Assembly (NCBI GenBank): GCA_049325515.1
Contig: JBMOLI010000011.1
Span: 89,022-153,021, forward strand
Length of the DNA: 64,000 nt
From: Actinomycetota bacterium
GTDB taxonomy: Bacteria > Actinomycetota > Acidimicrobiia > Acidimicrobiales > VFJN01
Reading direction: 5' to 3'
This document shows, piece after piece, positions 37,987 to 46,871 of this stretch. The notes beneath the pieces are model-generated. The model was not told the origin of the DNA. It saw only the letters and a list, made by a program, of their open reading frames with translations, and made no database searches. The translations under genes and the position numbers were made by a program. Numbering within the stretch: the stretch's first letter is position 1; every line of letters starts with the position of its first letter.

Positions 37987-40388
37987 GCAGCCACCGCCAG
38001 CAGCGCTGCGACGAGCACGGTGGCGGCCAACGCCACTCGGACGGCGACTGATCCGAGCGGCACCTTGCCGCCAACCGGCACACAGCGTGCGACCGTCATC
38101 GCGGCGAGAGCGACGAGAGCCACGGCCACCGCTGCGAGCACCCGACGAACCGAGAGCCGACCGATGGGAGTGTCGAAGGAGCGGTCGTCGTCGCCGCCCC
38201 GAGGACTGCCTCCGAACACCGCCGTCTCCAGCAGCCCACCCTCCGCAGCCTCGCGCGAGGTGTCGTGCATCGTGACGGGAAGCGTGATCACCTCCCAGGT
38301 CTCACCGCGGTCGGTGGACTTGAGCAGCGATGTCTCCGCGAAGCCGAAGACCGTCTGATCGCGCTCGTAGTCCGGGGAGAAGACGATCGGTTCGGTCGTC
38401 GAGTGGTAGAAGGTCGAGACGACGAGATCGCGGTCGAACAGGTCGCTTCCCACCGGAGCGAAGGACGCGCCGTGGTCGGATGTCCGGAAGAGGCCTCGCC
38501 CTTTGACGCTCACGAGGCCCGTGCCGTCACGTTCGAAGGCCGGCGACAGCACCACCCCTTCGATGACGCCCGATGGGCCCAGCGCCGGATCGACCACCTC
38601 AGACCAGCTGCCAGCGGCGTCCTCGGAGACCAGCAGTCCGTTGTGGGTTCCCACGAACACTCGCTTGTCGCGCTCGAAGGCGGGCGAGACAGCAAGGCTC
38701 GTGATCGGAACCTCGAGGCCACCGGCTCGATCCCAGCTCTTGCCCTCATCTGAGCTGATGTGCACACCGGCCGCTGTCCCGGCCACCACGAGGCGTTCGC
38801 CTGGCGGTCCGGGTGAGATCGCGATCGCGGTGATCTCCACGCCGATGTCTGCGACCAAGCTGAAGCTGGCACCCGCGTTGTCCGAATGGAACACCTTGCC
38901 GCCATCGGTGCCCAGCACGACCGTGTGGTCATCGCTGAACCGGGGCGAGAACGCAGTGAGCGTGTAGTCAGCCGGCACCTCGTCCGGCGCGAGCAGGCCA
39001 TCGGGAGTGCGCGCGGTCCACGACTCGCCACCATCGAGCGAACGAAGCACGTACCCGCGGATCCCAGCGAACATCGTCTGGTCTCCTGCGAACGACGGTG
39101 AGAAGCCGATGCCCGTCAGGCGGGCGACGTAGTCAGGTTCGCTCGTCCACTCGTGCTCCGAGGCGAGACCGTCGTTGATGGCCTCGAACGAGCGCCCTCC
39201 GTCGCGAGACAAGAACGCGCCGTTGATGTAGGTCGCAACCGCGATCGTCTGGTCGTTGGCGTAGTCGGGCGACACCGCGACGCTCACGATGTTGCTCGAC
39301 ACCTGCGTCTCGACGCTCTCCCAGTCGCCGGACCCAGATGCTCGGAAGAGCCCGTCGAACCCTGCGAGGAACACGGTGCGATCGTCTTCTGAGGTCCCAC
39401 CGGAAGTGCGCAGCGCACCGAAGTGGGGGTTGTCCAGCAGATCCGCCTGCTCGTTCTTCGTGAGACCTTCGCTGTGAGGCTGCCAGGTGGCACCGGCGTC
39501 GTCCGAGGTGAAGACGCCATCGCTCCACGTGCTGAGCCACACCGTCGAGTCCGTCTCGAAGGCGGGCGACAGCATGACCGATACGAGTCGCGTGCCCGTG
39601 ATCCGGGATTCGAGAGGAGCGAAGGAGCCGCCACCGTCCGTTGAGACGAGAGCACCGGCCTCGCGGGTGGCGACGTACACCGTGCGATCACGCGAGAAGG
39701 CGGGCGAGACCGCGATGTCCGCGATCCCGCCGGACCCGTCGCCCTGGTGCACCACAGACCATGCGCTCCCACCGTCCGAGGAGATCCGCACCCGACCGCC
39801 CCCGTCTCCCGTGAAGATCACTTCGTCGTCGTCGGGCGCAAAGGCGACGACCCGCGACCTTCCGGCATCGGGCAGCTGCGACCAGGTCTGACCGCCGTCG
39901 TCCGTGCGGTGCACCACCGGGCCACCCTTGCCGACGATCGTCGCGAACACCGTGTCGGGTGAGTGAGGAGACACAGCGAGGGCCAGCACGTTCGCGCCAG
40001 GCAGATCGCCGTTGACGTTGGTCCAGGACGTGCCCTCGTCGTCAGAGCGGTAGATCCCATCACCCTTCGTCCCCGCATAGAGGATGCTCGCGTCACCCGC
40101 GGCGACACCGATTGAGCTCAGCGGGCTCTCGTGATCGAGACCGCGGACGAGTCGACGCCAGGTGTCTCCACCGTCCTCGGTCTTGAGCAGGTAGGAGCGT
40201 GCAATGGCGTATGCAGTCCGGTCCTCGTCGAAGCTCGGCGACAGCTCGACGTCGAAGATCACGTCGTGTGGCGTGTGCGCATCGGACGCTGGGAGGCCGA
40301 CCACGAGGAAGATCCCGGCCAGCAGGAGGGCCCACCAGGTTCGGAGCGCACGAGGCCAGCGCCTCGACGCGTGCTGCGCCATCCTCAT
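37983..40388 (-). CDS. Exported BNR/Asp-box repeat protein (about 14 Asp-boxes, two seven-bladed propellers expected) with C-terminal membrane anchor
   Basis: Signal peptide ...WWALLLAGIFLVVGLPASDA. Repeated S-x-D-x-G-x-[ST]-[WF] boxes (TEDGGDTW, SDDEGTSW, TDDGGQTW, SSDGGSAW, ... STDRGETW). Two C-terminal hydrophobic helices. Confidence 0.8.
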   Translation of the reverse strand: MRMAQHASRRWPRALRTWWALLLAGIFLVVGLPASDAHTPHDVIFDVELSPSFDEDRTAYAIARSYLLKTEDGGDTWRRLVRGLDHESPLSSIGVAAGDASILYAGTKGDGIYRSDDEGTSWTNVNGDLPGANVLALAVSPHSPDTVFATIVGKGGPVVHRTDDGGQTWSQLPDAGRSRVVAFAPDDDEVIFTGDGGGRVRISSDGGSAWSVVHQGDGSGGIADIAVSPAFSRDRTVYVATREAGALVSTDGGGSFAPLESRITGTRLVSVMLSPAFETDSTVWLSTWSDGVFTSDDAGATWQPHSEGLTKNEQADLLDNPHFGALRTSGGTSEDDRTVFLAGFDGLFRASGSGDWESVETQVSSNIVSVAVSPDYANDQTIAVATYINGAFLSRDGGRSFEAINDGLASEHEWTSEPDYVARLTGIGFSPSFAGDQTMFAGIRGYVLRSLDGGESWTARTPDGLLAPDEVPADYTLTAFSPRFSDDHTVVLGTDGGKVFHSDNAGASFSLVADIGVEITAIAISPGPPGERLVVAGTAAGVHISSDEGKSWDRAGGLEVPITSLAVSPAFERDKRVFVGTHNGLLVSEDAAGSWSEVVDPALGPSGVIEGVVLSPAFERDGTGLVSVKGRGLFRTSDHGASFAPVGSDLFDRDLVVSTFYHSTTEPIVFSPDYERDQTVFGFAETSLLKSTDRGETWEVITLPVTMHDTSREAAEGGLLETAVFGGSPRGGDDDRSFDTPIGRLSVRRVLAAVAVALVALAAMTVARCVPVGGKVPLGSVAVRVALAATVLVAALLAVAA

Positions 40389-40410
40389 TGACCGACTCGA
40401 CCATTCACTA

Positions 40411-41505
40411 GTGCGATGTGAACTGCAGAACCGAGACAGTATCCATCGCTTCCGATATGGCAACGGTCACGACTCACTGATTCGTCAGACAAAAGGGGCA
40501 GCGACACTGCAAGAGCACGCGGGGAACTACCGTGACCAAATCGAACTGAGACCAGCCGCAGATGAGGATCGGCCGGCAGTTCTCGCGCTGCTGGGCGCGG
40601 CATTGGGACGCGACGGCGACCCGCGATTCGCACGGCTCCACAGCTGGAAGCACGAGCGGAACACATTCGGCGCCTCCATGGAGTGGGTTGCTGTCGCCGA
40701 GAGCCGGGTCGTCGGCTATCGAGCGTTCCTGCGCTGGGAGTTCACGGATGGACATCGCGTGTTCCGGGCCGTGCGGGCCGTCGACACCGCTACCGACCCG
40801 GCCTGGCAGGGCAAGGGGATCTTCCAGCAGCTGACGACGCAGGGATTGGAGGGCGCACGAGCAGACGGAGTCGACTTCGTCTTCAACACACCCAACGACA
40901 AGAGCCGGCCCGGGTATCTCAAGATGGGTTGGCAGCTCATCGGCGTGCTGACCCCGCGGCTGCGCCCCCGCTCCGTCGCGACCATCCCGAACGTCCTGCG
41001 CGGTCGAGCGCCGGCAGGGCACTGGGCCGAGCGATCGGACGTAGGGATGCAACCCGAGCAAGCGTTCGCGGACGAAGGCCTCACCGAGGAGCTGCTGGCT
41101 TCGAGCGGTGCGAGGACAGGCCAGATGACCACACGGCGCTCGGCCGAGTTCCTCCGTTGGCGCTACGACGGCGATCTTCTCGGCTACCGCGTCGCCACCA
41201 TCGGCCGTGACATCTCGGAAGGCGCCGCCTGCTTCCGGTTGCGCCGGCGCGGGACCGCGCTCGAAGCCACGATCTGCGACCTGCTCGTGCCGCAAGACGA
41301 TCCAAGCGTCCGACGCCGCCTGATCCGCACCGTGCTCAGGTCTACGCGGGCGGACTACGCCTTGCTGCTCGGTGGAGCACGCAGCGACCTCACGATCCCC
41401 GTCGCCCGTCAGGGCCCCACGCTCACATGGCGCTCCGTCTGCGAGCCGATCTGCCCATCACTCGACCGATGGACGTTGACCATGGGCGACATCGAGCTCT
41501 TCTGA
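40411..41505 (+). CDS. GNAT-like acetyltransferase with C-terminal extension
   Basis: IELRPAADEDRPAVLALL..., VDTATDPAWQGKGIFQQL (acetyl-CoA loop) and FNTPNDKSRPGYLKMGW. Start unresolved: the only canonical in-frame start before the GNAT core is GTG 40411. CTG 40507 follows AAAGGGG. Confidence 0.55.
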   Translation: MRCELQNRDSIHRFRYGNGHDSLIRQTKGAATLQEHAGNYRDQIELRPAADEDRPAVLALLGAALGRDGDPRFARLHSWKHERNTFGASMEWVAVAESRVVGYRAFLRWEFTDGHRVFRAVRAVDTATDPAWQGKGIFQQLTTQGLEGARADGVDFVFNTPNDKSRPGYLKMGWQLIGVLTPRLRPRSVATIPNVLRGRAPAGHWAERSDVGMQPEQAFADEGLTEELLASSGARTGQMTTRRSAEFLRWRYDGDLLGYRVATIGRDISEGAACFRLRRRGTALEATICDLLVPQDDPSVRRRLIRTVLRSTRADYALLLGGARSDLTIPVARQGPTLTWRSVCEPICPSLDRWTLTMGDIELF

Positions 41506-41517
41506 GAGCTCACCGCA

Positions 41518-43554
41518 GTGGCATACGCTCGACAGATGGGCGAGGAGGCGGGCAAGCCACACGTCGAGCGTCCTCAGGGCGCCACCGACGCCGACGAGCT
41601 TCTCGCCGCCGCTCGAGCCGAAGCGGAGCAATGGCGTGAGCTGGCCGAACGGCGGGAGGCCAACCTGCGCGAGCTGAAGCGCAGGCCCCTCGTGCGGCTC
41701 GCACTGCGCCTGGAGCGTCAAGCCAGGCCACTGGCCCGACGGCTGGGTGCACGGTCGCGGGCACCGCTGTTGCGCCTGCCGAAGGCGGTGGTGCTTCTAC
41801 GTGCGCTCCCGATGATCCCACTGCGCGGGCGCCGTCGCCGCGACCTCAGCGGTGAGGTCGCGCATCTGCCGCCGGTGCTGCTCGCGCGCGGTGTGTCGAT
41901 CATCACGTTCGAAGCACAGCTCCGTACGACCGCTCCACTGACGAGCGATGCGACCGCCGAGGTTCAAGTGCTCCATGCAGCCACCGCCCCTTTGCACTCC
42001 TCATCGGAGGAGGTCCCACGGGAAGCGCTGGACACAGTCGTCGCTGCGCTGGATCGAGCGGCCGTCGATGCGACCACCGAGCTCCTCTGCTTCGCGCCCG
42101 CGCCGATCAGCGCACCCGAGCGCGGCTGGCTCGCACGCCTAGCTGCAGCGATCGAGGACGATGTCGTCGCCGCGACTCCGACGACCGTGCACCCGGAGCG
42201 CTCGGGGTCGGGCGCTACCGAGCACGATCTCCGCGTCAGAGCCCAGGGGTACATCATCGAGCTGGGCAGCGGGGGTGATCCGAGTCTGGTCGCAGCTGGT
42301 GCGGGCGCGCGGCTTGCCCTCGGGGAACACCCGCACGACGTCGCCGCGGCTCCCCTTCAGGGCCTTGTCGTCGACACCCTCGCCTACCGCGCGGCAGGAG
42401 GGCTTGATCCGACCCTTGATCAAGACGCCGCCGCGACCGATCTCTGCGCACGATTGGGGCTGGCCGGCGGTCGCGTGGTCCACGTGCCCTCAGCCGTCCT
42501 CTTCGATCCGCGGCCCGTCGAGTCTGTCGCTGCCCTGCGCCACCCCGTCGACCCCACTGGAGGAGCGTGGCGCTCCGTGGTCGAACGACACGGTCAGGGC
42601 GGCTTCCGGAACCGGCCGAGCAACGATGCCGCGACGCCCAGCTGGGTGATCACCACTGCGGCGCCGTCGGCTCGGGTGGCCGACCGCTGGGGGGACTGGC
42701 ACCTGGCCGAGGGGCTGGCCCGCGCGCTCCGCCGGCTCGGCCACGCGGTTCGCGTGCAGACGCTCGATCAAGCCGACTCGCTGGCCGGCCGCTGGCAGGA
42801 CGTCCACATCGTGCTCCACGGCCTGGCAAGCGTGCGGAGGACCAATGGCCAGCGCCACATCATCTGGGTCATCAGCCACCCGGAGACGGTCGACACGGCA
42901 GAGTGCGAGGAGGCCGACCTCGTGGTCGTGGCGTCGCCGCGGTTCGCAAAGGACCTCCAGTCGCGCATCACGACGCCGGTCGAGGTGCTTCTGCAAGCCA
43001 CGGATCCAGGCCGCTTCCGCCCACAAGCACCCGATCCTCGCCACGCTCACCCAGTGACGGTGGTTGCGAAGACGCGGGACGTGATGCGCCGCTCGGTGGC
43101 CGATGCCATCGAAGCGGGCATTCGCCCCGCCATCTACGGCACCGGATGGCGCGACCTGGTCGATGCAGACCTCATCTCCGCGGACCACGTCGACAACCGC
43201 ATGCTGGCGGCCGTCTACAGCAGCGCCGGTGTCGTCCTCAACGACCACTGGGACACCATGCGCGAATGGGGCTTTGTGTCCAATCGGATCTTCGACGTCC
43301 TCGCCTGCGCAACGCCGGTGATATCGGACGACATGAGTGAGGTCCGGGATCTGTTCGGCGATGCCGTCGCAACGTATGGCTCCAGCGAGGAGCTGGGCGA
43401 GCTGGTGCGACGCATCACCGAGGACCCCGGCAAGGCCCGTGCCACTGCGCAGCAGGGTCGCAAGCTCGTACTCGAGCACCACACCTTCGACCATCGAGCA
43501 CAGCAGCTCGTGGGGCTGCTCGAGAAGCACCCCAAGCGGGACATACGTAGCTGA
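41518..43554 (+). CDS. Two-domain putative glycosyltransferase (N-terminal coiled-coil + GT-A-like region; C-terminal CgeB/GT1-like domain)
   Basis: 678 aa, GTG start. The C-terminal half (IYGTGW...VLNDHWDTMREWGFVSNRIFDVLACATPVISDD...EELGELV...LEHHTFDHRA) resembles the CgeB-type GT-B C-domain. The N-terminal half is only weakly GT2-like. Confidence 0.5.
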   Translation: MAYARQMGEEAGKPHVERPQGATDADELLAAARAEAEQWRELAERREANLRELKRRPLVRLALRLERQARPLARRLGARSRAPLLRLPKAVVLLRALPMIPLRGRRRRDLSGEVAHLPPVLLARGVSIITFEAQLRTTAPLTSDATAEVQVLHAATAPLHSSSEEVPREALDTVVAALDRAAVDATTELLCFAPAPISAPERGWLARLAAAIEDDVVAATPTTVHPERSGSGATEHDLRVRAQGYIIELGSGGDPSLVAAGAGARLALGEHPHDVAAAPLQGLVVDTLAYRAAGGLDPTLDQDAAATDLCARLGLAGGRVVHVPSAVLFDPRPVESVAALRHPVDPTGGAWRSVVERHGQGGFRNRPSNDAATPSWVITTAAPSARVADRWGDWHLAEGLARALRRLGHAVRVQTLDQADSLAGRWQDVHIVLHGLASVRRTNGQRHIIWVISHPETVDTAECEEADLVVVASPRFAKDLQSRITTPVEVLLQATDPGRFRPQAPDPRHAHPVTVVAKTRDVMRRSVADAIEAGIRPAIYGTGWRDLVDADLISADHVDNRMLAAVYSSAGVVLNDHWDTMREWGFVSNRIFDVLACATPVISDDMSEVRDLFGDAVATYGSSEELGELVRRITEDPGKARATAQQGRKLVLEHHTFDHRAQQLVGLLEKHPKRDIRS

Positions 43555-43707
43555 CCCGCCGCACAAGCGGTGTTGGAGCCGCCACTGGATTCGGTATGTT
43601 GACGCACGTTGCGTCGGGCTCCGTTCACGTGATCTCGTCAGCAGCTCACGTCCGTCGGAACGAGGGGCTTCACACGGCGGCGGCGACGGGCAGAGCGGGA
43701 GGGCACC

Positions 43708-44751
43708 ATGACCGATGGTTCGCGATCAGCGGGAGAGTCTGACGACATCGACTCGCTCGGAGCGGCACCGACGCGTCCGGCGGGCGGATCGGCGAAGAAG
43801 CGCGGGCGCGTTCGACGTCGGCTGCGCATCCCTGCGCGTGGCCGGGGACCGCTCGCCAAGATCGGGCTGGCGCTCGTCCTGATCGTTGCGTTGGCCCTCA
43901 CGCCGAGCGCGATGTCGAGCCTGAAGAAGACGCCGCGGAACATGGTCGGCATCAGCTACGGCGGCGGGCCGGTCGAGTCAGCCCACTTCCAGCGGATCGT
44001 CCAGCCGGGCAGTGGGCTCTTCTTCAACGGCGCATTCGATCCGCTCTACCTCTATCCGGCCGACACCCAGACGTACATCGTGTCCAAGGTCGCGGGCGAG
44101 GGCGCTGTCAAGCAGGCGGACTCCATCATCTCACCGTCACGCGACCGGGTTCAGATCGAGTACCAGGTCGCGGTGTACTTCAAGCTCAACACCGATCGTC
44201 TGCGGGCCTTCCACGAGGAGCTCGGGCTCCAGTACTCGGCCTACGAGGCGAGCGGTTGGGACCGCCTGATCCAGGACACGTTCCGCCAGCAGATCGAGAA
44301 CGCCCTCCAGGAGGACACGAGGAAGTACGACGTTGCGGACATATACGGCAACGCCGATGATCTGACCACGATCCAGACGAACGTCGAGAAGAAGGTGAGC
44401 GACCGACTCATCGCTGCACTCGGGCAGCCCTTCTTCTGCGGCCCCACCTACGCACCGGGCAAGCCATGCGGGCCCCCCACGTTCGTCATCAAGAAGATCG
44501 ACATCCCCGAGGATGTCGCACAGGCCTTCCAGGACAACCGCACCTCCCAGATCGAGGTCCTGACGAGTCAGAACCAGATCGAGCAGCGGGCCGCCGAAGC
44601 GAAGGCCATCGAAGCACTCAACGCGGGCTTGGCGCAGGCAGGCATGCCGTATGTGCTGTTGCGAGCCATCGAGTCCGGCAAGATCACCTTCTGGGTGCTG
44701 CCGTCTGACGGCAGTGTCGACCTTCAGCCGCCCAGTACTCTGCAGCCTTAG
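43708..44751 (+). CDS. SPFH/Band 7 (stomatin-prohibitin-like) membrane protein
   Basis: 347 aa, ATG after GGGAGGG. N-terminal TM helix (IGLALVLIVALAL), an SPFH-like core and a C-terminal Q/A-rich helix (QNQIEQRAAEAKAIEALN). Confidence 0.7.
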   Translation: MTDGSRSAGESDDIDSLGAAPTRPAGGSAKKRGRVRRRLRIPARGRGPLAKIGLALVLIVALALTPSAMSSLKKTPRNMVGISYGGGPVESAHFQRIVQPGSGLFFNGAFDPLYLYPADTQTYIVSKVAGEGAVKQADSIISPSRDRVQIEYQVAVYFKLNTDRLRAFHEELGLQYSAYEASGWDRLIQDTFRQQIENALQEDTRKYDVADIYGNADDLTTIQTNVEKKVSDRLIAALGQPFFCGPTYAPGKPCGPPTFVIKKIDIPEDVAQAFQDNRTSQIEVLTSQNQIEQRAAEAKAIEALNAGLAQAGMPYVLLRAIESGKITFWVLPSDGSVDLQPPSTLQP

Positions 44752-44765
44752 GAGGGGTCGTGGAG

Positions 44766-45215
44766 ATGGACTACGTGATGGTGCCGGTGCCCGAGGAGCA
44801 CGTCATCGATGTGATGCTCCACGTTGCCCGCCTGGTCGCCCGAGCGTCGGTAGTCCCCTGGACCGACGACGCAGTCGCCGAGCTGTTCGACGAGGTCGAC
44901 GAAGCCAGCCGGTCACTTCTCTCGCTCGTCGCGCGCAGTACGACCGCCTCCAAGGACATCGGCGACGAAGACGCCGCCAAGACCCTCGAGCTGAACGTGC
45001 GCGAGGTGCGGGCGATCGTCTCCGACATCAACGTGTTGGCGCAGCGCGGCAAGCGCGAGCCGCTCCTCGCTCTACGGGATGTCTCAGTCGTGCTGCGCAA
45101 CGGTCGCACGGTCGAGAAGCGCCTCTTCACGATGGCCGACACCGTCGCCCGCGCCATCCGCGCCCACGAGCGCGCATCGCTGGACGCACCGTCCGGCCCA
45201 GGTCCCTCGGAGTGA
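44766..45215 (+). CDS. Small protein of unknown function, paralog 1 (possible HTH-like)
   Basis: 149 aa from ATG 44766 (GGAGGGG 8 nt upstream): MDYVMVPVPEEHVIDVMLHV... It aligns along its length with the 53904-54341 product. Confidence 0.55.
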   Translation: MDYVMVPVPEEHVIDVMLHVARLVARASVVPWTDDAVAELFDEVDEASRSLLSLVARSTTASKDIGDEDAAKTLELNVREVRAIVSDINVLAQRGKREPLLALRDVSVVLRNGRTVEKRLFTMADTVARAIRAHERASLDAPSGPGPSE

Positions 45216-46087
45216 GTCTTCGAGCTGACTCTGCGAGCGGCGCGCGGAGGTACAGCAACGTGGTGCACGTGTTCGAGCCGAACTCGCTCGAGCTCCCGTC
45301 GCTCCGGCCCTACGTCAAGGAGCTGATCGCGAGGAAGCCCTTCCTGGTGGAGCTGGCCGGGGCTCAGGTCAAGGGGCAGCGCTCCAGCACCGTCCTGGGC
45401 GAGCTCTGGTCCCTGGTCGATCCCGTGTTCCAGGCCTCCATCTATTGGTTCCTCTTCACCATCATCCGCGGAGGAAGCAACGGCGGCAGGTCGACGGAGT
45501 ACGTGACGGCGATCATCGGCGGCGTGTTCCTCTTCAACTACACGCGCATCTCGATCAGCGACGGCGGGCAGGCCATCCTTCGACACAAGGGCCTCGTCCT
45601 GAACGCGATCTTCCCGCGAGCCTTGCTGCCGCTCGCAGAGGTCTACAAGGGCTTCCTCTCGACACTGCCGGCTCTCGTCCTGTACGCCCTGATCCACCTT
45701 GCGGTGGGCGCGCCGGTCACCCAGGCGATCATGATGCTGCCGCTCCTGCTCCTGATACAGACAGCGTTGAACGTCGGCCTGGCGCTGCTCTTCTCGACCG
45801 CCACCGCCTATTTCAAGGACGTGTCCAACCTCCTCAAATATCTGCTTCGACTGCTCACGTTCGCCACCCCGGTTGTCTACCCGGTGTCGCTCCTGAGCCC
45901 GTCCATCAAGGCGATCCTGAGCTGGAACCCGCTGTTCGCACTCTTCTCTGCCTACCAGTCGATCATCGCAGGCCAGGTTCCTTCGGCCGGTCTGGTGTTC
46001 CAGAGCATCGCGTGGGCCATCGTCCTCTTTGCATCTGGAGTGTCGCTGTTCCTCCGGCACGAGCGATCGTTCGCCCTCCATGTCTGA
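45212..46087 (+). CDS. ABC-2-type polysaccharide exporter permease (Wzm/TagG type)
   Basis: 291 aa from GTG 45212 (GTGA overlap). Six hydrophobic helices, with LWSLVDPVFQASIYWFLF and SWNPLF motifs. The upstream 187 codons of the track ORF were rejected. Confidence 0.85.
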   Translation: MSLRADSASGARRYSNVVHVFEPNSLELPSLRPYVKELIARKPFLVELAGAQVKGQRSSTVLGELWSLVDPVFQASIYWFLFTIIRGGSNGGRSTEYVTAIIGGVFLFNYTRISISDGGQAILRHKGLVLNAIFPRALLPLAEVYKGFLSTLPALVLYALIHLAVGAPVTQAIMMLPLLLLIQTALNVGLALLFSTATAYFKDVSNLLKYLLRLLTFATPVVYPVSLLSPSIKAILSWNPLFALFSAYQSIIAGQVPSAGLVFQSIAWAIVLFASGVSLFLRHERSFALHV

Positions 46088-46871
46088 AGCGGTTGGGCGC
46101 TCGAGCCTGGCGATCGAGGTCGACCACCTTTCCGCGTCGTATCACGTGCGCGTCGGCAGAGCCGCCGGTTGGTGGGGTCTCAAGGGGATCCTCAGCTCCA
46201 GCGGATCAGGGCGCCGTGAGGTGCAAGCGCTGAGCGATGTGAGCTTCAACGTTCCAAAGGGCACTGTGCTCGGGATCATCGGCCGGAACGGGGCCGGCAA
46301 GTCCACGCTGCTGCGCACCCTCTCCGGCATCCTCGCCCCGAGCGAGGGGAGGATCGTCGTGCGCGGCCGCATATCGCCGCTGCTGTCGGTTGGCTTGGGG
46401 ATGCAGGGCGACCTCACGGGTCGCGAGAACATCAGACTTGGCGCCCTCGCCTTCGGCCATTCGGCCGGCGAGCTCGAGCGCCTCGAGGCCTCGATCGCCG
46501 AGTTCGCTCAGCTCGGCGAGTACGTCGACTACCCGTTCAAGACCTACTCCGCTGGCATGCGCTCGCGCCTCGGCTTCGCCGTAGCCGCACATCTCGATCC
46601 GGAGATCCTTCTCATCGACGAGGCTCTCACCGGCGGTGACGCCAAGTTCAAGGAGAAGACGGCCGAGAAGATGTTCGAGCTGTGTGGCGACGGTCGCACG
46701 ATCGCGGTGGTGACCCACGGCCTCTCACTGGTGCGGTCGATCGCCACCACCGCGCTCTGGCTTCACCAAGGGAAGATCGTCGAGTTCGGCGATCCGGACG
46801 ACGTCGTCGCGGCATACATGAGGTATTGCCGCATCGACGCCGCCCACATGGACCTGGTCGATGACGATTGA
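46080..46871 (+). CDS. ABC polysaccharide exporter ATP-binding protein (Wzt/TagH type), NBD only
   Basis: 263 aa from ATG 46080 (8-nt overlap). Walker A GRNGAGKST, signature YSAGMRSRL, Walker B ILLIDEAL. No C-terminal carbohydrate-binding extension. Confidence 0.9.
   Translation: MSEAVGRSSLAIEVDHLSASYHVRVGRAAGWWGLKGILSSSGSGRREVQALSDVSFNVPKGTVLGIIGRNGAGKSTLLRTLSGILAPSEGRIVVRGRISPLLSVGLGMQGDLTGRENIRLGALAFGHSAGELERLEASIAEFAQLGEYVDYPFKTYSAGMRSRLGFAVAAHLDPEILLIDEALTGGDAKFKEKTAEKMFELCGDGRTIAVVTHGLSLVRSIATTALWLHQGKIVEFGDPDDVVAAYMRYCRIDAAHMDLVDDD

Noticed and set aside
44771-46081. 436-aa minus-strand ORF antisense to the small protein and ABC permease genes. Similar antisense ORFs lie at 54876..56111, 48794..49912, 20671..21915, 31792..33297 and 50135..51070.
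   Set aside because: The compositions are Arg/Asp/Glu/Gly-biased and low in information. Each lies entirely opposite a gene with clear family motifs.
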